Assembly: GCA_051362555.1 (NCBI GenBank) | Contig: CM120649.1 | Coordinates: 16,072,567-16,136,566, forward strand | Length of the DNA: 64,000 nt | Source: Lingula anatina | Taxonomy: Eukaryota > Animalia > Brachiopoda | Direction: 5' to 3' | Part shown: one piece after another, positions 15,101 to 26,500 of the stretch | How positions within the stretch are numbered: the first letter of the stretch is position 1 | Layout of the letters: each line of letters opens with the position of its first letter | Notes under the pieces: model-generated | The model's database searches: none | Told to the model about the DNA's origin: nothing | What the model saw: the letters and a program-made list of their open reading frames with translations, nothing else | Position numbers and translations under genes: made by a program

Positions 15101-16932
15101 GGTGTAGTAATGTTGTAGCTACTGTCGGCATATGTATTTCAGTCTCCGTAAATCTGTTAAATCAGTTGATCAGATTAATTAATTAAATAAGTTAATAACA
15201 CAGGTAGTTTAATTGCAGCAACGCCTTGCGGAATTATTTACAAATTTACGCATGAAAACTTTAAAGTAAAAAAAAAATACAAAAACAATTTAAAAGTAAA
15301 AACAACCAAAAAATAAATAAATAAAATAAAATAAATAATAATAAAAAAACCATCTCTAAATGCAAACAGTATATCTATCAGTATATCTACGTTCCCAAAT
15401 CTATTACCTGGTCCACGTCAAGAAACAGATAAGATGTTGGATATACGTAAGGAAGGGAGCTAGAGGCGTGAGGCGTCGGATGTCTAAATTTGCCAGGCAA
15501 TTAACTGGAAATATGTCTGCTTGTCACGTAAGTACATAACGAGGGACAGGTGTGAAAGTGTTGCACCGTAGGTGAGACTGAAATAACATTATCCAGTGTT
15601 CTCAACAACAAACCTCGGCTGGGACGCACAGCTTTGTACACTGTAGCAAGCAAGACATACACGCCTTTCGACTATATGATATTGTTGTAGTTCATATATT
15701 TTCCTATAATAATAATAATTATAATAATAATATGAAGCAGCAGCAACAACAATCAATAGATACAGGAGTAAAAAAATAAAAAAACCATGAAAAGCAAGGG
15801 GAAAACTTCTTTTTACAGACTAATTGCAGCAAAACTAAGTTATCCGACAGATTAAAAGAAAAAAAGGTCTCCCTACAAAACAGCCATGCACTTGTTCACG
15901 AGACGGAAATTAACATGTTTTTGTGTGTCGGCTAACAACACAGAGGAATTCATTCACTGTGCATCTCCACACCAAAAAAAAAAAAAAAAAAAAACAAACT
16001 TGTTTAACTTTATTTCACCCTCTTTTCCGTTCTATTTCTACTTCTTTAGCCACTCGCATTGTCTATTAACGAAGTTGAATCTTTTGCCTTGTGTGTGTGT
16101 GTTTGAGAGAGAGAGAGAGAGAGAGAGAGATTAAGCTAATAACGGCGTGTTTTGTCTACACACCTGTCGTACATATAATTTTGTGTTAATGGAGATGAGA
16201 GAAACGTTCCTATGTACAGGGGGTATGTACCTGTCAAAACATATATAATCCCGAAGATGTTCCCTTATATGATGTGCCTGTATCTTATCTTCTACTCCCC
16301 ATTGCTGTGCAGTGCTTGTTATTATACATCTGAATTTCTTTTTAAGCCAATCAATGTACACATATTAGTAATTTTCAGATGAACCAGATTCGTAAAATAA
16401 CCAACAATATTTTAGATTGGGTTAAGTGTAAATAATGAAAATAAATAAATAAAAAATCAGATATTTTCAATGATAGTAATAGTGAAATAAATTGCATATT
16501 TATGAGTTCATGGTCGCTAGGGGTTTTAGATTTTAAATGATATGAACTTGTCGCATGTACTCATCATTTTTTATTGTCAACATGATTTGACCAAATACTT
16601 AAAAGCAGCACGAGGTGCGTCATCAAATGTCGTTTAAGTTCTACATATTTACCAAAATACTTCTCATCATATTGTTTGTTTTTTCAGACTTCAAAAAGTA
16701 TCACGTGATGTCGCACAAGCCCACGTCACCGGGAGTATGGTCCTACGCAGTAGCAGAATTCGACACCGGCGCGTCTTGCCAGGTTCAATTATTAGGAGCG
16801 CTACCTGACGTCAATCCAAAACACGATCCACTGAGAGGGGTTGGTAACGTTGGCATGAAACTCGGAGGCGCAGACGGGTGCCAAGTTATAGGACTTCTTG
16901 CCTACGATGATTGTGTCCAATACAAGGGTTGA
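12116..16932 (+). CDS. Small uncharacterised spliced protein, 106 aa (MELMDYLDESKWERVPNVNSEDKPADFKKYHVMSHKPTSPGVWSYAVAEFDTGASCQVQLLG...YDDCVQYKG)
   Basis: join(12116..12191,16688..16932) = 321 nt. Strong acceptor ttttttctttcag before 12097, in-frame TAA upstream of the ATG, donor CAG|gtagga, acceptor tgtttgttttttcag at 16687. The phases match (G+AC=Asp). The coding segments are GC-richer than their flanks. AATAAA at ~17488. Confidence 0.7.
13792..13902. repeat. Perfect 55-bp tandem duplication
   Basis: TATTTCGTCTCAAGAAAAGTAATTCGTTTGAAAGCGCAGTAGTAGTAGTACGATT occurs twice. Confidence 0.9.
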
Positions 16933-17558
16933 TATGTGTCTCATATTGGGAACCACACATTATTTTCTTTCACTGGGACTAAAAAAACCTAACCCAATTG
17001 ACGTATGTACATGATCGACCCCAAGCCCCTTCTAACCTTCCCGTGGAACGGAACTTTTCAGTTCGGTTGTGTCACTTTGCCACTGGAAACGTGACTTGAC
17101 AGTGGCGGAATTCGATGCAGGTGGCGGTTGGTCTGTTTGTTATTGTTTGAAATGAGAGCCTCACTGGATATACCAGTATGAGAGGGAATGGCTAACAAAA
17201 ATTACGTTCTTTTGTCAATATTTAAGAAACAATCTTGAAGACAAGACAGTATTCATGGCCGACTATGGAATATATATAAATACATATCGTCATCCTTGTA
17301 CAAACCTCGCTCCTCGCATTCACGTTTTTATTATTATGACGTAATATGGATATATTATTGATATTTTGGCGTTATACCGACATATATAATCCGTTAATAT
17401 AATTTAATGACGTAAAGTAGACAACGTCAGGGTTTTGACGACGTCATACCACCATCCTGTTCACCAGTGTTATCTCACACCACAGTGAATAAATTTATTT
17501 GATTGAAGTTGGTTTTTAATGGTATGCCTTGCTGATACCGTGCAATGTTTCGTTTTCA

Positions 17559-17562
<4 letters not shown>

Positions 17563-17623
<61 letters not shown>
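17563..17623. repeat. (TA)n microsatellite
   Basis: Seen directly. Confidence 0.95.
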
Positions 17624-17627
<4 letters not shown>

Positions 17628-18576
17628 GGGAAAAGTTTTTTCCCGAGAATCGGCGGATTGCCAACCTCTTGTGAGCAAAAAATATAATTGGCCTAGGTGT
17701 TTCCATTGAGTCTATAGCCATATTTTCCGACCTTTTCACCAAATGACAGTGTCATCCCTGCATATGTTGGTCACCCTGAGTTTGGATAATTTCAGAGGAC
17801 ACTGGAAACTCGCCACTATTGCCCGCTTGCACTATTGCCCGATTATAATAACAACCTGAGTTTCCGAAGTCGCTAGAAATTCACACATGTAATTCAGCAT
17901 CCATGTACTTCTGAGTTTCCAGCTGTGACAATAAAGGTGAGTTTCCAGGGATCGGGAGCGATTTTGGCTGACATTTGCCGCTAAACGTTCATCTTTAGTA
18001 CACTTCTGTTTGGACGTCTTCGATCTGGTCTTTGCAGGTCAATACCTTATGCTGCTGTCCCACGCCGTGTGTCACATACCGCGACTATGTACAAATATAT
18101 AGACTGGACATTGTCAATACTGGCAACAATGTCAACATCTGCAATATTTACGGAAGCTGGACATATATCTGAAGAAACTTGATTGTGTAGAAATAGTTCT
18201 GGCGCAGACACATTAAGCATTCGATTTGCCGAAATTATTGTTTTCCCGCTATACATGTATGCTGTTAAAACAGTAAACATGTTTAGCATAGTGAATTAAA
18301 AAAAAAAACATTAAATCGCACGTGTGGCATACTCGTATGAATTTTGGATAAAAAATCTAAATTTCGTTACAAAACTGGCTTAATCCAAAAATACATCACT
18401 TTTCACTAAGACTTTTCAAAATACAATTGAAATTATTTATCTAAAATTAGATAGTTATCTTGCAAGAAGATGCCATTCATGCCAGTCGGCATCATGTCAA
18501 AGATTTTTTGCCAAAAATCAAATTTGTCAAATAACTCGGATGATTTTTCCTAAACAGCTAGAAACAGCCCTACGCA

Positions 18577-19441
18577 CTAATACCATCGAAACTGTGCATC
18601 TGCACTGCTTTTCACGTTGGCATGGAGATACATCCGGTACCCCGCGTGACGTAGGTAGTATCCAGGCAACGCGGCAGATTCAAAAGCAAACCAGCCAACC
18701 GTGTGAACGTCATGGCGGATGAAATAAGTGGCCCTCTGGTTGAAGACCTCGTCTGCGATATTCGGGTGGTCCGTACTGTCTACGAGGTCCACGTAGTAAC
18801 TGCTCTCCCCGAGGTAGATGAAATACCAACCTGGCTTGGTGACGGATTCAATAGATATGGTGCCAGCCTCACCTGGTGGGCGCAATGTTAAAAAGTTTGT
18901 AAGCGTTTATGGTACCGTACTGTACTGTTAAATGTGCGGAAGAGGTAACATTCTGTTGAAATGCCTGCTTTGGGGGTGTCCATTTTTAATTTTACTGAAA
19001 ATTTGACCTGATCGGTTGGCAGACGACAAACAGAATTTATGTCGAAAATCTCTCTGTCGCTCGCTTTCTCTCTTCTCTCGCTCCCCCTCTCTCTCTGTCT
19101 CTGTCTCAGTATGATTACATGCCGGGTAATTGAAGTTCACTTGCACAAGTTGCACGACAAAAATACGTTTGTCTTTACCAAAATAAGGCAATGTTTGTTT
19201 AAACGTGTTATGGAGAATTTCTTTTTTTCTTTTTGTGGATATAGCATTTTAATAATATATAAACGAAATTACCTGTCAAGCCGGGGGTTAATATGTTAAA
19301 TTTCTTCGTGTCCCCATTGATTAGAGATCCCTGGTGATTGGATTGATAGGTTAACCGAAAAGTTTGAAAATTGATTGACTGAATCTCCACTTCAGTACGG
19401 AGATATGTGATTGGTGTTCCTGCGTACTGACCTGAAAACAA

Positions 19442-19476
<35 letters not shown>

Positions 19477-21159
19477 GTTCTTGAAGTATTTATATTTCGT
19501 ACAGTCTGTGAATATATTGAGCATACAGTCTACAACTTTATCTGTTGCACTACAGAACTTTTCCGCATTTTTGATAAACATTTCATTAAAAATCAAAACA
19601 GTCAAGACAAAATATTTAACAATTGTCAAATCAAAATTTTTGCATTGAAATCATCAACCAATTACGTATACAGAAAAAGAACACGTGACAAGCACTAACC
19701 AATCATAAAGGAGGCGGCAGTTGCATATTCATTAGTCCCGTTGTACTGGCCGGCAATTATCAAACGGTGGTCCACGTCTGCGAGATACCTCCCCGGGAAA
19801 TTAACAGACTCCAGAGCATGATATCCTTGATACCAAGGAGAACTCCACAGCCGGAAGGTGGAGTCCCGGTACACAGTGTCAGGCGCATGCGTGGTCTGAC
19901 CTTGACCCCAAAGTTCAAGGTCATGTGTATCTCTGCGGTAACGAAAGTAAAAGCCTAGGACAGAAAAAGAAATTAAGACAAAATGAGCTTATGGAACAAG
20001 TTAAAACTAGGTGCCAAATGAGCGCGATGCCTAAATATAACAAAACAAAACCAAAAATTCTTGTAATTCACAAAATGTATGGCATTAGACTAGTATATTT
20101 TATAAAGGTCATTTCGCATCGACAACCCGGACCAAAAAGGACCAAAACATAATATCGAGTTGTTACCTGCATTAGGCCTACAGGTTGATGTATACAGGTG
20201 AGAGAAGATTACCTGGTTGGCCGTTAATTTCCAGAGAAACTGTCCCTTTCTCTCCAGTAAGACCTGGTGACACTATGTCCAGCCGAGATGAACCATATCC
20301 CGTCACAAACTTGGCTTTGTTACCATCATTGACGTCATATGTGACGTAATATCCCGGAGAACGTTTGGATTCGAGTTGTACGTTTGTCATCAAGTATTCT
20401 GAAACAGTAAGAATAAAGATTAATGAGCAACTGTCAATCAGCAGGCATGTTTTATACATATGGGAGTACACGTACATGTACTTACTGCATGGTCTTTGTA
20501 TTTAAAAGTCGGGCTTGTATTCCGGTTCCAAAGAACGTAAATTCAAAAAGACAAATCATAAAAATTAGATAAAAGTAACATTTCAATGATCTACTAGCGG
20601 AATCGCTGAATCCGTACATATGTTAAAATTTCAAGATAAAGTTGTTGTTATCAACGACATGTCACCAATGGAACTTTTTCTTATCTTCCGTTTACCTGTC
20701 AACTTACCATAACTAGTACCGACCAACTCACAGTGTCCAGCATCGACGTCACCCTGGTTCAAAGGAAAATATGTAATAAGTATACGTATAAATAAAAAAT
20801 TAATGTGCGTGATGGTTTTGATTTTTAAAAAAAGCATTTAAACCATCACACACAAGCAGTCCGTTTAGAGTTGCGTGACTCGGAATAAAAGCATGTGCCG
20901 AAGTATGGGAGCGTTCCGCTTCGCGTGTCATTATAAATAATCGATGTTATAAGAATCCACAAATCTAAGATTTTTTCCAAAAATACAACAAATTTTCACA
21001 GTGAATTTGCATTTTTTGCAATTTTTAAGTAATTTTGATATACCACTTATCCGTTTTGTCCACAACAATCATGGTTTTGGTCTTATGATTAAGAAAATTG
21101 CATTTTTGTTATTTCGTTGTTAAAACTGATGAGATGGTGATGGTGATTCTACTTTCCAC

Positions 21160-21196
<37 letters not shown>

Positions 21197-21532
21197 TCCC
21201 ACCATTTCATAGTAGGTATATCCCTCCTGGAACACCAAGTTATTACCGCGGCGGTCCGTTGTCTCTGAACACAACTCACAGTTCCTGATAACGGTTCCGG
21301 CCTCGAGATTGAATGCCTTACACAAGGGATTCTGGGCACATTTCAGCAGGCATTCTGAACTGCCGTGTACCACGTGCTGGCTCAAGGTGGAATTGGTCAG
21401 TCGAGATGAGGCGTGACAGTGTTCAGGCCGTCTGGCCGTCCAGGCTGATGTTATAACCTGTACATGGTCGGAGAGGACGATGGCCAATACGTTGACCAAG
21501 CACCTGCTAAGAATATCCCGGGAAGCTACCAT
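18577..21532 (-). CDS. Probably secreted PAN/Apple-domain protein with two AbfB (CBM42-like beta-trefoil) domains, ~427 aa
   Basis: complement(join(18577..18872,19273..19431,19700..19954,20213..20398,20696..20753,21203..21532)) = 1284 nt; all introns GT-AG with consistent phase. Hydrophobic N-terminus. PAN motif C-x3-C-x5-C-x-AFN...NCEL...YYE. AbfB-type motifs PGLTGEKGTVSLE, LESVNFPGRYL...ASF, PGLTGEAGTISIES..PGWY, FESAALPGYYLRH...DAQF. Confidence 0.8.
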
Positions 21533-21697
21533 GATTTCTTCTGTTTCTTTTGAAGGTTAGATAATAGGTAAATATCGCATATAATCGGCTTCTTAAGGTG
21601 CCAAAATCACTAGTGGGATAGTCGGATTAACTCCAGACGCTGGTCATTCAGTTTTTCGAAACAGTCGAGTCGATGACCAAGTACCTGCGTCTTTAGC

Positions 21698-21847
21698 TAT
21701 ATACTACTTAAGACAGATATTACGTAACTTCGAGATCTAAATACAAAAACGCATTGACGCGGACGGTCAATATGAGTAAATACGGATATATCGTCTACAT
21801 TTATTTTTGATTCATACTGCCCCAAAGGTGAACTACAGCTGACGTCA
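21698..21847 (-). promoter_or_regulatory. Candidate promoter of the PAN-AbfB gene
   Basis: TATATA at 21698-21703, about 170 bp upstream of the ATG, and CRE palindrome TGACGTCA at 21840-21847. Confidence 0.35.
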
Positions 21848-23588
21848 CAATTCAATCACCTGTGACGTTATCTGTGAGAGCCTGACAGATTAGACAAATA
21901 CTAATGTATAATAATTAATTGTGAAATTTCCCAACGTTTATGTGACAAATAGAACCGAACTAGAATAAAACAAGAACTATTGGCAGAATCAAAATATGTC
22001 AATATACGCGAGACTGTGCCGAACAAATTTGGGGAGAGCAGAGCTTCTAAAGCAAGGCCCTAGATATTTCAAACAAATCAGCGGTCAAAATATATACTAA
22101 TTATATGCTTAGAAAATCCTGCAAACAAGTTGAATATGCCGGAAATCCGGTATATTTTGAAAACTGATAAAATGAAAATCGACACGCTAATGAAAACTGA
22201 ATTTGGATATATCACCACTGGGTTCCGAAGCATTTATGCTTCTGGATTTTTCATATCTTTAAAAATGTTATTCTTTAAAAATTATCTGTTCAACCTTTAG
22301 AAATTATTTTTCATTCTTTGAATATAAGATACGTAGACGAATGAGCACCGTTTTGAATGGGGACTTAACAGACAATTTCAGAGTACAGCGGAAACCAATT
22401 TGCCTGATCAACGTATACAGAAGTCAATGCCCACCTTTGGCTCACAGTTCAAATCGATTGTTACCAGGGAGTTGTGCGGCAATAACTGTTTTTGTTGCCC
22501 AAGTATTTTGTTTGTCAAGCTTAGGTAGAATTAGCGCTGTTATTGTTTTAAAACTAAATTTTTTACCCCTATTAAAACTTTAAAACACCACAAAGAAAAA
22601 AAATATAAAAGTCGATATGATACATTTTATTAATGATAAAAATGCATAAACAAGATGAAAACCCCGTGTTCACACTTATTAAATAGAATTAAATATGGGT
22701 TTCTACAACTTTAAAAGTCGACTTCAGTCTTACACGTATTCACAAAATAAACCCCGTCATCTTTAACATTTCAATGTATATTGCCATAACGCCTTCTATT
22801 CACAATCATATTCCATACACAAGTATCGGGAGACGTCAAACAGCTTATTTCTGCGAATAATTTCTCCAAATTACTTTTTATATTTATGTCATAATCATCA
22901 AGAAAATAATGATCCGGTGATTTTCAATAGACTATTTGTATAATAAATCTGTTGACATACAAAGATCTTTAATTACCCTCATTTTGAACATACTAGTCAG
23001 CACCGTTTATCATTAACTGGTTCAGCACCGAAAATCACGAAAGCTGACCTGCACAATGTTTTTTTTTTTTACTGGCTTTTAAATGTGATCTTATAACATC
23101 TATAACTAACGCAGATCCTCATCATTAGTTAACCAATGAACAGATCACCACCAATATCTAATCGATTCTGAGTTTATCCATTTCTGATAGATTTATATCA
23201 CAAAAGGTTAATCAATGCCTTTTTTATGTTAGAACTGACTAACAATTTAACCAAAAATGACAATGTCAAACCTCCTTGGCGGGAATTATAAAATTACTCA
23301 TTTAAAATTGGGCCAGCACGTTTTGCGTTAGAGCAGCAGACTTATACTCCAGCAGCCCTTCAGGCCTGTACTAGAAGACTGCAACGTTTGTGGCACAGAT
23401 TGCCCCATTTTCATTACAGATCTTTTTTGATAATGAACTCAATGACCACGACAGATTCATCATCATCATCGTGTTCGTACTTGGATATTGACTCCAAAAA
23501 CCCATATCGAAAAAAATAAACCAATTCTTGCCTTTTTATTTTGCTAAATAAATCAATAGATTAAATAGAATCAATCCAATGCTGAGGT

Positions 23589-26500
23589 TTATTTTTTCTG
23601 CCTGCCCAGTCCCAAAAGTTCCCGGACTTTCTCAATCCCAAGTCGAATCAAATCCGCGTCTTCCTGGGGGCCTCCGTACTGCCTCTCCACCCCAATTTCG
23701 CTGGTCAGTATGGCAATGAACAGCGCCAGGAACACGTAGATAACCACGATCACGAACGACATCAGTATGAACGGCGCCACAAGCCAGTGCACCTCCTGCA
23801 TCGCTTCGATATCGTAACCGCCGCGAATGAAACCGAACATGGACTCCATGCTCACTCGGAAGTTTCTGAAGTAATACAGGTGGCGCCCAAATATGAGGTT
23901 GGACAGGAAGGCGTAGGCGATGAAATAAGCCACCACGAGAGCAACGGCCCAGAGTATCTGCCCGGCAGCCTTGGCGAAGGTCTGCGTAAGAAGGTGCACC
24001 ACCGGGTTAAACCTTAGTATAGATATAAATTTGAGGGAGGACAGCATTACCAAGACAGCAATGAGGTACCCTAGGGCCTTGTCCAGCAAGACGGTCTGCT
24101 CAAAGTTGACGAAAGCCGACGGGTCCCGTTTGAACCGTTCCATGACAGCAATCGTCACGATGCTCCTGGCAATGTAGGTTCCAATGCCCGCCAACGACAC
24201 GCTGATCAAACTGATGCTGATCCAGGTCCAGCCGCTTATGAAGTAGCTCCACCCGCGCTCCTTCAGCGCCATGCACTCGGCCACGATGAAGTAGAGGACG
24301 TAGATGCAGTATATGATCTCACAGGCCATGACGAACAGATTAAACTGCTGTAGGTAGCGGTACAGCCGCATGCTACTGACTGTAGGTGTCAGCACTAGTC
24401 CCCCGCCAACGGAAACCTCAACCAGGGTGGAAATCATGGTGAACTGGTTGACGTTTGCATTGTACGCCGTAAACTCCAGCACCACCATGCGCGTCCCTTC
24501 ATTCAACCAAGTGGCGTCCTGAAGGGACTGAACCAGGGAAGTGGCGCCCTCTACAGTTCTGCCCAAATCCGCCACATAGCCTCCCCAGTGGCCATACTCG
24601 CCCAGGATCCCACTCTGCCACATGTACTGCAGCTCCGCCGGAGTCTGGTACACCCATGGCAAGTTGTCCGCGCTGACGCTGCCATTCATCAGCGGAGCTT
24701 GCCAGGACTGGTTGTAGCTCGTCTTGTCAGCTGTGTCTGGACCATAAGTGGAGGCACAGATCATGTGTGCCAGGGCGCCAATGGGGGATTTGCAGGTGCC
24801 TAAAAATGTGACAAGACGTTGCAGAATATCAGTTTTAGAATTAGTGCTTATTAGTGAACGTTAAGTAAATTCGTACATTATGCACACATGTCCACAGAAA
24901 AAATGATTCATAATTCAGGACAAAAGGTGTTAACGCAGGTAAACTTTTCATTCTTCGGTGTCTCTAGAAGATGCTCTCGAAACACTGATGATAAAACATA
25001 CACATGTGAGTATGATGGTGCGATTCAGAATCAGAACAGATGATCAGGAGTAAACACTCCAATGAGCAACTGATCTCAGTCCCGTCTTGGCAAACTGCAC
25101 AGATCAACCTGTTACCAACACAGCTGTTACAACAGTTACCTTACACAGACTACACGTGGGCAACAGACCTTTTTTTTTACATACTGACATACGTACAGCA
25201 TCCCACTCACCACCTTTCACTCTGATCTGCAAGAGCCTTGGAGAGCCCACCAGATAAGCGGCCTTGGTAGTCAGGAACCCCGGGTCCTCCTGGTCATACA
25301 GGTTAGTTATAGCCGTGTCTTTGACATAGACCCAGAAATCATCAAATGTCTTCACCTAAACAATCAATAATTAATTAATATCTATTAATAATTACTTAAA
25401 GAAACAAGGAATTGAAGAACATTACTGGAAATAGATAATACTGTTAGTGTCTTATATATAGAATGTTATCAATTGTTACTGTCACAATGCTCATCTACAC
25501 CATTATCTTACATAAATGAGCTGCGTACATGATTACAAATATGACACCCTATTATACCTAATACCGGTAACTATCCGCCCACTGTTACCTTACAATCTTG
25601 CTCAATCACTTCTAATCTAAAAGGAATCAAGGAGACACTAAACTACCTAAAATACAAATTATGGTTCAAATAAATTAATGCTCGTAGAAAAATAAGCACT
25701 AATTTGCTAAATGATAAAAATCCCCACTCCTGTGTGATCCATACCTGCATAAAATTGGGCACAAACAGATCCGTGAGGGACTTGTTGAGGTAGTAGACTT
25801 GTGGGTCTCTCTGTCCATAGGCCATCAGCATTAGAAGCCAGCAGTAGATGATGTAGCCGATCACTTCTCGGATGATGGCGTACATCCTCTTCTGCTGGTA
25901 CCTCAGCTGTTTGGCGGACTTGAGGGTTTTGTGGGCAGGCGGCTTGTAACGCGGGTCACAGCGCAACTGGTTCAAGTGTAACTGTATCTGTTGTATTTTT
26001 TCCGAGTCCTCTGTGGATCAGATATGAAATGAAATGAAATGTGAATAAAACAAACCATTCAAAAATTTGTTTATCGTTCAAAATTGTTACAAACTTTCAT
26101 AGCCTTTGCATAATTTCTGCTGTGGAAATTTGAATGAACACCAGCAGAACATTTTTATCCCTTAGGTAAAATCAGACAAGCATAAACCTTTATCATGTAC
26201 CTGGTTCTAAATTGAAGAAGAAAAAAAAACTGATAGATTAAAAATCAATAGAAAAATATTGATACTCAAGAAGGTTCAAATATAAACTTGAATTTTTTTT
26301 CTTTCCCCTGAATCAGTTACCTTTGCCAAAATGTTCCAGAGCATCCACCAATTTGGGATCAATAACAGTTTCTGCCTCATCAGGCATCTTGAAGACCAAG
26401 CTGAAGAACACGGCCAGCCCAATCACTTTGACGGGCTGTATGAACAGAACGCTGGTAAAAAATGAAGTCAGCATGGACACCACCCAAGATATGGATGTGC

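Noticed and set aside
16379-16420. Possible extra exon of the small orphan gene (ttttcag|ATGAACC)
   Set aside because: Stop codon (TAA) in the required phase, and no phase-compatible donor found.
21149-21202. Poly-Tyr/poly-Ile tails in ORFs 21149-21532 and 21109-21339
   Set aside because: (TAA)n microsatellite inside intron 1, past the donor at 21202.
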